A DNA stretch of 27,278 nucleotides from Bdellovibrionales bacterium (GTDB lineage: Bacteria; Bdellovibrionota; Bdellovibrionia; Bdellovibrionales; DASUEL01), in assembly GCA_050250255.1 (NCBI GenBank), contig JBFWOZ010000039.1:1-27278 (forward strand), written 5' to 3'. The number at the start of each line of letters is the position of its first letter. Position 1 is the stretch's first letter. Of the stretch, positions 17,418 to 25,501 are shown piece after piece. The notes under the pieces were generated by a model. That model was not told the origin of the DNA. It did no database searches and worked only from the letters and a program-made list of their open reading frames with translations. Both the position numbers and the translations under genes were made by a program.

Positions 17418-18239
17418 ATGAAAATAACTATTCTCATACCAGCCATACTGCTGCAGTCCTTTGCTGTTATTGCAGCTCCGCACAGTCGTGCACAATTTTG
17501 CGAATTGAGAAAAAATCCAAGTTACTTTATTGAACAAGCACGTGATGTCACTAACCATTTAGCCTTCAGTAATTATGGTGGGCTTTTTAATGGAGGTGTT
17601 TGTTGGTGGCATTCTCTTTTTCAACGAGCTTCTCTTTATCTCGTTGTCTTTCGGCCTGAACTTTCAAAGCCAGCTCTCACTCAAGCCAAACTTTTGATCC
17701 ATTCTATCGCTGCGGGCAAGCGTGTTATTGAAATTCCTGGCTATTCCAACATGCTAGATTTCTCTAGAGACTATGAGTCCCTCATTCAGTCCAAACTGGA
17801 GGAGTGGCAAAAAATCGATGGGTTTTTAAAGTTTGCCTGGATTCAAGGCCTCTCAGGCTCTACATCAACTTCACCAGACATCATCAAACGAAACATCACT
17901 CAATTTCATACGCTCCTCACCACTCAATATGAAATTCCCTGGGTGATGCTCCAGCTAAAGGGAATCGCTTCACATTCGATTCTTCCAGTGGGAATTAACA
18001 CCACTTCCATCGGAGTCACCATTCCTCACCTGGATAGTAATTATATTGGAAGGGTTCTTCAGTTTTCATATGTATTTGGAGAGCGCTCGCTCTACACTTC
18101 TGGTTACGGCCATTTTGTTCCCTATTTAGGACGACACAGCGATTTTTCTTATTTTTATCGAGCAGCAAATGAATATTGCTCTTCTGAACCCAAAGTCGTT
18201 CCTCCAAGCGAAGAAGTCCTTAGCAATCATTTTGATTAA
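17418..18239 (+). CDS. Secreted hypothetical protein, candidate papain-like cysteine hydrolase
   Basis: Signal peptide MKITILIPAILLQSFAVIA. GGVCWWHS, ASHSIL and LDSNY occur in C-H-D order. GAGG before the ATG. Confidence 0.75.
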   Translation: MKITILIPAILLQSFAVIAAPHSRAQFCELRKNPSYFIEQARDVTNHLAFSNYGGLFNGGVCWWHSLFQRASLYLVVFRPELSKPALTQAKLLIHSIAAGKRVIEIPGYSNMLDFSRDYESLIQSKLEEWQKIDGFLKFAWIQGLSGSTSTSPDIIKRNITQFHTLLTTQYEIPWVMLQLKGIASHSILPVGINTTSIGVTIPHLDSNYIGRVLQFSYVFGERSLYTSGYGHFVPYLGRHSDFSYFYRAANEYCSSEPKVVPPSEEVLSNHFD

Positions 18240-19012
18240 ATTTTGTAAAATCCCAATTCGCTCGCCACTCGCACAAGCAAAAGACCCACAACGATAAGTA
18301 GAGCGACTCTCACGACTTTCGCGGAATTGGGATGTCGGCTATTGTACGAAGCACCTATAAAAGATCCAATCATCATACCGAAAGCTAAGGCCCAGCCCTC
18401 TTCCCAATGAACGTAACCTCCGACAGCATATCCCGTAAAAGAAAACAAAGCAGAGACACAATTCGCAAGCTTTGAGGCCGCGAGAGCTTCCATCAAAGGC
18501 ATGTGACAAAAGAGAATCAAACTTAAAAATAAGAAGGTGCCACCGCCGGGGCCCCAGAGACCGTCATAAAATCCGCAAATCGCCGCGCTGATAAAAAGTG
18601 CCACAACAGAAACTGGCTGCGGTCGTTCGGACTGAACCACTTTGACCCACATATCTTTTTTGAAAATAATGAAGAGAACGATGGGGCAGGTCATAAGTAG
18701 AAACCAGGGGAAATAATTTTTTGGAATGAGCGGAGTGACTTGGCTTCCCAGAAAAGAAAAGATACCGACAACGAGAGTAAACCCGATCGTTCGTCGCCAC
18801 TTCAAATGCGCTTTTTTTAAGTAAATCAAAAAAGAAACGAATGTTCCCAGGACGGCCGCGAGCTTATTGGTACCGATAGCATGGGCGCCATATCCCAAGA
18901 TCAAACTGAGTGCTGGAACCGTGATGAGCCCACCACCACCCGCAATTGAATCAATGACCCCTGCAACAAAACCAACAGCAGCAAGAAGAAGTACCGGATC
19001 AAGAATGTCCAT
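18236..19012 (-). CDS. TSUP (TauE/SafE) family transporter
   Basis: AGVIDSIAGGGGLITVPAL, AIGTNK and GFYDGLWGPGGGTF motifs. TAATG overlap with ilvA. Confidence 0.93.
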   Translation of the reverse strand: MDILDPVLLLAAVGFVAGVIDSIAGGGGLITVPALSLILGYGAHAIGTNKLAAVLGTFVSFLIYLKKAHLKWRRTIGFTLVVGIFSFLGSQVTPLIPKNYFPWFLLMTCPIVLFIIFKKDMWVKVVQSERPQPVSVVALFISAAICGFYDGLWGPGGGTFLFLSLILFCHMPLMEALAASKLANCVSALFSFTGYAVGGYVHWEEGWALAFGMMIGSFIGASYNSRHPNSAKVVRVALLIVVGLLLVRVASELGFYKI

Positions 19013-20226
19013 TATTTTTCAAGAAGGCGTACGCCCATACCGACGAGCGTTTTTTTGATGGTTTCGATATGTTCGAGACTATTTGTCTCAAGAGTAAAAT
19101 CAATTCGAGTTTCCATGAGAGCCACGCCTTGATCGATACGATCATGGCTCACTTGTAAAACATTAGCGCGCAAATTTGCGAAACAACCAGTGAGTCGGTT
19201 CAGAGTTCCCGGAACATCTCCCACGATCACCGAAAGACGCGTGATACGGCCATGTCGGCTCAAACCACGATCGATGACTTTCTCAACGAGATTCATATCG
19301 ATGTTTCCACCGCTTAAAACCACACAAGTGTTTTTTCCTAGAGGAAGCTTGCGATTTAAAACTGCGGCCATTGAAGAAGCACCTGCTCCCTCCACTACGG
19401 CTTTTGATCGTTCCATCAAATGCACGATGGCTTCGGCAATTTCGTCTTCGCTCACCGTCACCACATCATCGACATACTTTGAAATGTAGTTGTCATACAT
19501 GTATTGGCTTGGACGTTTGACCGCAATACCATCGGCAATTGTGGGAAGTACGGTCACTTCTGTCGGAAGTTTTTTGTTGAGAAATGCGGTTGCCATGGAA
19601 GAGACTCTCGTCGCTTGAACGCCATAGATCTTACATTTTGGCTTGAGGGCTTTTACCGCGATCGCAATTCCAGAAATCAATCCGCCACCACCAATGGGAA
19701 CCACAATCGAATCCAAATTTTCGATTTGCTCGAGAACTTCAAGCCCTAGAGTGCCTTGCCCAGCAATCACATCTGGGTCTTCAAAGGGATGGAAAAATGT
19801 GTAACCAAATTGTTGTGAGAGCAGGTGAGCATGCTCCGCTGCCTCATCATAAATTTGGCCCTTGAGAATGATTTCTGCGCCATAATCTCGAGTGGCTTCG
19901 ACTTTTACTAAGGGGGCCGTTTCGGGCATCACGATCACAGATTTGACATTGGCTAAACGTGCGCTAAGGGCTACGCCTTGCGCATGATTCCCCGCTGAAC
20001 AAGCAACGACACCCTTCGCTTTTTCTTCTGGCTTTAAACAATGCATTTTGTAGCTTGCGCCACGGATTTTGAAACTACCTGTACGCTGTTCGTTTTCTTT
20101 TTTAAGAAATACTTCTGTTCCGGAGAGGTGAGAAAAACTACGAGAGTAGTCCACGGAGGTTTTGTGAACAAGCGAATGAATCACCTTTTGTGCCTGCTGA
20201 ATGTCTGAGAGAGATGTGATACGCAT
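19012..20226 (-). CDS. ilvA: Threonine ammonia-lyase (PLP) with a single C-terminal ACT domain
   Basis: ENEQRTGSFKIRGA (PLP lysine), SAGNHAQG, PIGGGGLISG, VLSGGNID, ACT-like DVPGTLNRL. Confidence 0.95.
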   Translation of the reverse strand: MRITSLSDIQQAQKVIHSLVHKTSVDYSRSFSHLSGTEVFLKKENEQRTGSFKIRGASYKMHCLKPEEKAKGVVACSAGNHAQGVALSARLANVKSVIVMPETAPLVKVEATRDYGAEIILKGQIYDEAAEHAHLLSQQFGYTFFHPFEDPDVIAGQGTLGLEVLEQIENLDSIVVPIGGGGLISGIAIAVKALKPKCKIYGVQATRVSSMATAFLNKKLPTEVTVLPTIADGIAVKRPSQYMYDNYISKYVDDVVTVSEDEIAEAIVHLMERSKAVVEGAGASSMAAVLNRKLPLGKNTCVVLSGGNIDMNLVEKVIDRGLSRHGRITRLSVIVGDVPGTLNRLTGCFANLRANVLQVSHDRIDQGVALMETRIDFTLETNSLEHIETIKKTLVGMGVRLLEK

Positions 20227-20236
20227 ACTCTCTCAG

Positions 20237-20265
20237 AGCATGACACTGGCTTGCTAGGTCGTCAA
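20237..20265 (-). promoter_or_regulatory. Putative sigma70 promoter of ilvA-TSUP (near-leaderless)
   Basis: TTGACG-N17-CATGCT with an extended TG. The -10 box ends 10 nt before ATG 20226. Confidence 0.45.
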
Positions 20266-20271
20266 TCTCGT

Positions 20272-20583
20272 CTACGGCTCTTGAGCTTCCGTAGACCATC
20301 TTGCTGACAGGCCGATCAGCGGGCCATAAGAATTAGGGGGGATCACATAATAAGGTCTCACTCCAGTATCGGAAAAATGAAGTTTATGATCATCAAAGTA
20401 GAAAAAAGGAGCGATAAACTTGCCACAGCGCTGACAGTTTTGATGCTCTTCAGAATGTGCCAAGACTTCTTCGCAGCTATGACAGCGACGAAACTGCTGC
20501 ATCTCTTCTTTAGGACCACGGCTTGGTCTTTGGATCGTCTCTTTCGCTTTAGGACGCTTGGGCTGACTCACAAATTCCTCCAT
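20272..20583 (-). CDS. Hypothetical zinc-ribbon protein
   Basis: RRCHSC-x11-CQRCGK followed by APFFYFDD and YGPLIGLSARW. Confidence 0.75.
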   Translation of the reverse strand: MEEFVSQPKRPKAKETIQRPSRGPKEEMQQFRRCHSCEEVLAHSEEHQNCQRCGKFIAPFFYFDDHKLHFSDTGVRPYYVIPPNSYGPLIGLSARWSTEAQEP

Positions 20584-21013
20584 TCAGTAACTTTCTTATA
20601 AAGAAAGCAAAGCTTTGCCAGCTGAACTTATTCCATAGGAATAAATTCAATCATTAGCCCACAAATTGTCCCACAAAGTTTTAAGAGTGATTCAGCGAAG
20701 CCCATTCGCCTAACCCTTCATCGCAGCCTTATCTGTTTCTGATAGCCCTTACCGAAACCTTCAGTACTTTGACTTACTACTATTCTAACGCCAAGACCTT
20801 GGTCCCGCAAGATTTCTGCAAGCATAGCTCACCAGATCATGTTTGATTTATTCATCAATGACTCGACACTCTATCGTTTTTGAGACGGGAGATTGTCTCG
20901 AATTGAGACGATTGGGAAAATGATCGAAACATTCACGTATCGATACACCTTATGATTCTGGTAATGCATGTGTTTCGGGTCAGGGTATGATCATCAAACC
21001 AGTGTTTTATGAT

Positions 21014-21304
21014 CTACTCGCCGATAAAATTACCATTAGGAGAAATAATGAAATCTGTCGAAAGAGGGAACATACTTCTAAAGAATCCTCCGTCATCTAC
21101 CATAACGGCCACGCGAAGATTTCCATTCTCATTACCATCCCAAAAAGCTTCGATCTGAAGTTGATATTTTGTTCCAGATGCACCGACGGCTTCCACAGTC
21201 ATTGCGCCCTGAGGACCAATTAACTTTTTAAGTTCTTGGTATGGTTGTCGACGTAGCTCAAGAATTTTGACATTCGCCACTGCCAGCGCTTCGGTTTTAT
21301 TCAT
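21014..21304 (-). CDS. Hypothetical protein (96 aa), alpha+beta
   Basis: Clean ORF with its own promoter-like element (TTGACC-N16-TAAGAT). SGTKYQLQIEAFWD...VDDGG...PLSTDFII...DG/NG-x-F-x-GE resembles a widespread uncharacterised family (from recollection). Confidence 0.75.
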   Translation of the reverse strand: MNKTEALAVANVKILELRRQPYQELKKLIGPQGAMTVEAVGASGTKYQLQIEAFWDGNENGNLRVAVMVDDGGFFRSMFPLSTDFIISPNGNFIGE

Positions 21305-21630
21305 TAAAAAATCTTAGAACATCGATTGAAATGGTCAAGAACCAAATGATTTCTGCTCAACTATTGGCTCGAAAAGCATCGACTTGTTGAGTAAATGCCG
21401 AGAATTTATTTGACTAGATTTGAAGGCATTTAAATTCTCTGCAATCCATCACTTTATAAATTTCTTTTGTTTTAAACCGTCTTTGAAAATGTATCGATCT
21501 CAAGCAATTTATAGAAGTTTAGACAGATTTTCAAAAGCGTACCTTTCAGTTTCATTTTCAACAAAACAGCATTTTTAAAACCCATGTTACGGGTATGGTC
21601 ACTTCAACTTTTTTCTTAGAGGAGAAATCC

Positions 21631-22434
21631 ATGACAAAACATATGCAAATTCACGAAAAAGCTCTCGAAGTGGCTAGCCGCTTTCGAAAGGCCGAGAGTG
21701 ATCTGATCGATATTCTTCAGCAAGTGGACGAGCATCGCGTGTACTTACATCTTCAATGTAAAAGTCTTTACGAATATGCGACCACAATTTTGAAACTGAG
21801 CGAAAGTACGGCCTACAACTTCATCACTGTCGCAAGAAAAGCAAAAGAAGTTCCCGCACTCAAACAAGCGATTCGGCTGGGAGAACTGACGGTTTCAAAT
21901 GCGAGAAAGATCACGCCGGTGCTTAATAAGTCTAATCAAGAAGAATGGCTTAAGATGGCTATCGAACTTCCACAGAAAAAACTCGAACAACAAGTTGCTA
22001 AAGTTTTACCGAAAGAAGCGACACCTGAACGATTAAAGTATGTGAGCGAAGATAGACTGGAATTGAAATTTGGTTTTTCTGAAGGCATCAGCCAAAAGTT
22101 AAAAAGAGTTCAAGAATTAGAACCCCAGCGCCAACAGAAAAAAGTAAACTTTGAGGAAACCTTAGAAGCTTTGCTTAATGTGTACTTAGAGAAGAAAGAT
22201 CCTGTGCGAAAAGCTGTAAAATTGATGCACAGAGCCCACCAGCCTGTCTTAAGACAGGTTCAACTGCGTGATCAGGGTCAATGCACATATGAAAATCAAG
22301 AAGGTATCCGTTGTACGGAAAGAAAATGGCTACACACGCATCATGTAATTCCTAAGAGTAAGGGCGGCCAAGATACTTTTGAAAATCTCACGACGCTTTG
22401 CTCGGGACACCACAGATTAACGCATTCGCATTAG
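21631..22434 (+). CDS. HNH endonuclease with DUF222-like helical N-terminal region
   Basis: GAGGAG SD before ATG 21631. C-terminal RDQGQC-x8-C...HHVIPKSKGG...NLTTLCSGHH is an HNH domain with zinc ligands. The N-terminus has VDEHRVY...SLYEYA...LKLSE. Confidence 0.9.
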   Translation: MTKHMQIHEKALEVASRFRKAESDLIDILQQVDEHRVYLHLQCKSLYEYATTILKLSESTAYNFITVARKAKEVPALKQAIRLGELTVSNARKITPVLNKSNQEEWLKMAIELPQKKLEQQVAKVLPKEATPERLKYVSEDRLELKFGFSEGISQKLKRVQELEPQRQQKKVNFEETLEALLNVYLEKKDPVRKAVKLMHRAHQPVLRQVQLRDQGQCTYENQEGIRCTERKWLHTHHVIPKSKGGQDTFENLTTLCSGHHRLTHSH

Positions 22435-22435
22435 A

Positions 22436-22492
22436 ACTTTTCAAAACTTGCCCCGAAGGGGTTCGCTCATGGATGAGCGAATTTTGAAAAGT
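22436..22492. repeat. 57-bp REP-like branched palindrome immediately after the HNH stop
   Basis: Outer 11-bp inverted repeat ACTTTTCAAAA/TTTTGAAAAGT encloses CCCC-GAA-GGGG and TTCGCTCAT-GG-ATGAGCGAA. Confidence 0.75.
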
Positions 22493-22559
22493 CACACACA
22501 TGGATGACTCAGTAACTTTGCTTTTAAGAAGAAACGAAATGTTTTTATATTAATACAGA

Positions 22560-22646
22560 TTTTCTGGGATACCGGAATCCAAGAACACAGGGATTCAGGA
22601 GTTATTCCAGGATACCCGTGGTCGTGGATTCCGGTATCCCAGAAAA
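22560..22646. repeat. Perfect 22-bp inverted repeat / long hairpin between convergent genes
   Basis: TTTTCTGGGATACCGGAATCCA (22560-22581) and TGGATTCCGGTATCCCAGAAAA (22625-22646), with a 43-nt partly paired interior. Confidence 0.85.
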
Positions 22647-22681
22647 CCGGTAGATTTGTGCAGATTAAGAGAATAGAAGTG

Positions 22682-23767
22682 TTAAGCAGCAGGTTTTTTC
22701 ATTTCAGGAGCAGGAGTTGTATCAGCTACTGCTGGCGCTGGCGCTGCGGCATCCGCAACAGGCACTGGAGCAGCGGCTGCGGCCGCCGCTGCCAAACTTG
22801 CAGCTGACGCTGCAGCTTGTTTGTAATCTTCCAAAATCGGAAAGTACTCGACACTGTTCAGTACGAGACTCGCGACGTTGGCGATCAGCTGGCAAAAACG
22901 AATGTCTTGATCGGCAAATTTTTTCGCTTTCGAATCCATGCGGGCTGACACAGCCCCGAACACTTCACCGTTAATGAAAATCGGTGCCACAACGATCGAG
23001 TTAAACGCAATTGTTTTCACAGTCTTTTTCATTTTGGCGAGCTCAGGATTGAAATCAATATTTTCGATGATCACAGTTTTTTCAGTGTTCACTGCGTGAG
23101 TGACCTCTGGATAACGAGCGAGATCGATCGTGATTTTTTTTACACGAACATCGTCACTTGAAGCGATCACATCCCCTTTTAACGTGTGCATGTCACAGCG
23201 AATGACAGAGGCTCGCACAGCTTTCATGGTGATCGCTAACATCTGTGTGATGTTGAAGAGACGCTCTTTAGGGTCACGCACTTCCGTGGCTTCACTCAAC
23301 ACAAGTTCCATCAAATGAAGTTGCAAATCCGAACCTTGTTGAATCTGTCGAGGTGCTTCCTCTTTGGCTGGTTGCGCGACGATACGTTTTGCCTGCATAT
23401 GGAACACGAGGCGATTGAAGATGTCTTCCACTTTGTAGGGCTTAACGACGTAGTCGACCGCACCCGCTGCAAAAACTCTTTTCACGTTAGCTGGGCTATT
23501 ATGACTGGAACTTACAAGAACACGTACTCCTGATTTACTCAAAATTGGATGTTGCTTAATGAGGCTTAAGAGTTCTGTTGCGGGACACTCTGGCATGAGA
23601 AGATCGATAAGAATAAAATCAGGAATCCAATTCGCAACAACGTTCTTTACTTGTTTACCACTGTTGATCACTTGGCATTCAAAGCCGTTTTCCGTGAGGA
23701 ATTCAGCAATTCGGCGCGCAACCAGGGTTTCCCGGTCAGCAATCATTACTTTTAAAGCATCAGCCAT
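22682..23767 (-). CDS. Response regulator receiver domain plus GAF domain, Ala/Pro-rich tail
   Basis: REC: KVMIAD, ILIDLLMP, VSS, GAVDYVVKP. GAF: LARYPEV, SIVVAPI...GEVFGAV, FADQDIRFCQLIAN. Confidence 0.88.
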   Translation of the reverse strand: MADALKVMIADRETLVARRIAEFLTENGFECQVINSGKQVKNVVANWIPDFILIDLLMPECPATELLSLIKQHPILSKSGVRVLVSSSHNSPANVKRVFAAGAVDYVVKPYKVEDIFNRLVFHMQAKRIVAQPAKEEAPRQIQQGSDLQLHLMELVLSEATEVRDPKERLFNITQMLAITMKAVRASVIRCDMHTLKGDVIASSDDVRVKKITIDLARYPEVTHAVNTEKTVIIENIDFNPELAKMKKTVKTIAFNSIVVAPIFINGEVFGAVSARMDSKAKKFADQDIRFCQLIANVASLVLNSVEYFPILEDYKQAAASAASLAAAAAAAAPVPVADAAAPAPAVADTTPAPEMKKPAA

Positions 23768-23927
23768 ACTCTTTTCGTATCGGTGAGAGGAACAAACTCA
23801 ATGAGGACAGAGTGAGGGCTTGGCCCTTAACCTGGACTCCTTAGCCCATTCCTTGGTCGAGCTTTATTTGATGACAAAATCTCACTCTGACGGCACATTC
23901 TGTGTAACAGGAGAGCAGGTTTTTTAT

Positions 23928-24563
23928 ATGGCTTTTATTGTATTTGAGGGTTTAGATGGAGCGGGAAAATCGACCCTGATCCAAAAACTCAAAGACCATT
24001 TGTCGCATAGCAATATTATGAGCAAAATCAGCCGCGAACCTGGCGGGACTTCTATCGGTGAAGAAGTCAGAAAAATTCTTCTGCGCACAGATGCGGAAAC
24101 ACCTGTTCCTACCTGCGAACTTCTTCTCTACGAAGCCATACGCGCTCAACATGTACAAACTGTCATCAAACCCACTCTTGAAAAAGGACATTGGGTGCTC
24201 TGCGATCGTTTTGCGGCAAGCACCATTGCCTTTCAAGCGGCTGGTCGTAGTATCGACATGAAAGATGTTGAGTGGCTCAATCAATTTGCCACCGGTGGAC
24301 TCAAGCCGGATCTTTACATTCTCATTGATGTTACAAACGATCTTTCTTTTATGAGATTACAAAAGCGCATTCAAACAACCGGTCAAGCCGCTGATCGTTT
24401 CGAGTCAGAAAAAAAAGAATTCCACGAAAAAGTGAGACAAGGCTATTTGAAACTGGCGCAGGAAGAAGCTTCTCACTGGTTGGTTCTTGATGGAGCTCAA
24501 GATCCCCAACAACTTTTCGATGTGACTTTAAAATATTTGAGGTCAAAAAAATGGCTTCCATAA
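23928..24563 (+). CDS. tmk: Thymidylate (dTMP) kinase
   Basis: FIVFEGLDGAGKST, REPGGT, LCDRF, PDL and DRFE motifs. Start set at ATG 23928. Confidence 0.97.
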   Translation: MAFIVFEGLDGAGKSTLIQKLKDHLSHSNIMSKISREPGGTSIGEEVRKILLRTDAETPVPTCELLLYEAIRAQHVQTVIKPTLEKGHWVLCDRFAASTIAFQAAGRSIDMKDVEWLNQFATGGLKPDLYILIDVTNDLSFMRLQKRIQTTGQAADRFESEKKEFHEKVRQGYLKLAQEEASHWLVLDGAQDPQQLFDVTLKYLRSKKWLP

Positions 24564-25501
24564 AAGGTCAAGACCGAGCTCTTCAATTTTTATCTCAAGC
24601 TCTTCAGAGCGGTCGCCTCCCCTCCGCACTTCTTTTTACCGGCCCCTCAGGTGTGGGTAAAAAAATGTCCGCTTTTTTTATCGCACAAAAACTTTTGTGT
24701 GAAAAAAACCAAACAGGCTGTGGTGTCTGCGGCTCTTGCGTTCGTGTTTTACAAAAGCAACACGAAGGCTTGCTATACGTCGATCCCGAAGAAACCACCA
24801 TTAAGTTAGAACACATCCAACCTGTTCACGATTTTTTTAAGCTCCGACGGCTCAATCAAGCACGTATCGTAATCATAGATCAAGCACATCGCATGAATCC
24901 GTTTGCGGCCAACGCTCTTCTCAAAGTGCTTGAAGAGCCTCCAGAAAAGACGCACTTTTTCCTTATTACTTCTCAAGAGAACGTGCTCCCCATAACAATT
25001 CGCTCCCGTTGTCAGAAGGTACGTTTTGTTCCACTCGCCGAAAAATATCTCCAAGAAATCCAAACGGCTCCCACTTGGGCACTAAGCGCGGCTCAAGGGC
25101 GATTAGATTTGTTAGCCCAGATGACAGAGCCCAGCCGAGCGGAATTAAGAAATAACGCCACCCAAGTGCTTCAAGCTCTCGTTTTTGGTAGTCGTCTCAC
25201 CGCTTTTAGTTCGTTTAAAGCCATCACTGAAAGCAAAGAAGATCTTCTGTTCGCACTCCAACTTTGGAAACAACTTCTTCGCGACGCTTGGATTCAGCAT
25301 TTGAATAGCCCAAGCTTCATTCACATGGATAAAAAAGAATTTATTGTGGAACTCACAGAACTTTCAACGGAAGAACTCGATCTCTTTTACCAACGCTTTG
25401 AACAGATGGAACAAAGTATTTTGCAAAATGCCGACAAGATGGTGAACTTAGAAAACCTTTGGATGGAATTTCATCCCTCATCACAGGCTGCTTCCTTGTG
25501 A
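24551..25501 (+). CDS. holB: DNA polymerase III subunit delta'
   Basis: ALLFTGPSGVGK, CGVCGSC zinc module, AANALLKVLEEPP, TIRSRC. Lies in the conserved tmk-holB-tatD order. Confidence 0.93.
   Translation: MASIKGQDRALQFLSQALQSGRLPSALLFTGPSGVGKKMSAFFIAQKLLCEKNQTGCGVCGSCVRVLQKQHEGLLYVDPEETTIKLEHIQPVHDFFKLRRLNQARIVIIDQAHRMNPFAANALLKVLEEPPEKTHFFLITSQENVLPITIRSRCQKVRFVPLAEKYLQEIQTAPTWALSAAQGRLDLLAQMTEPSRAELRNNATQVLQALVFGSRLTAFSSFKAITESKEDLLFALQLWKQLLRDAWIQHLNSPSFIHMDKKEFIVELTELSTEELDLFYQRFEQMEQSILQNADKMVNLENLWMEFHPSSQAASL

Noticed and set aside
20640..21010. Possible pseudogene in the intergenic gap
   Set aside because: The frames I translated by hand gave only short ORFs (about 35 aa or less) with no recognisable similarity.
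21631..22434. HNH gene considered as IscB, TnpB or Cas9-like
   Set aside because: No PLMP or RuvC motifs, the HNH domain is C-terminal, and there is no CRISPR array in the window.
22554..22652. Hairpin considered as SRP (4.5S) RNA or 6S RNA
   Set aside because: It lacks the SRP domain IV GNRA loop with the AGCAG motif, and is too short with no central bubble for 6S.
22690..22820. GC-rich GCT/GCA/GCC repeats
   Set aside because: Explained by the Ala/Pro-rich coding tail of the REC-GAF protein, not a DNA repeat element.
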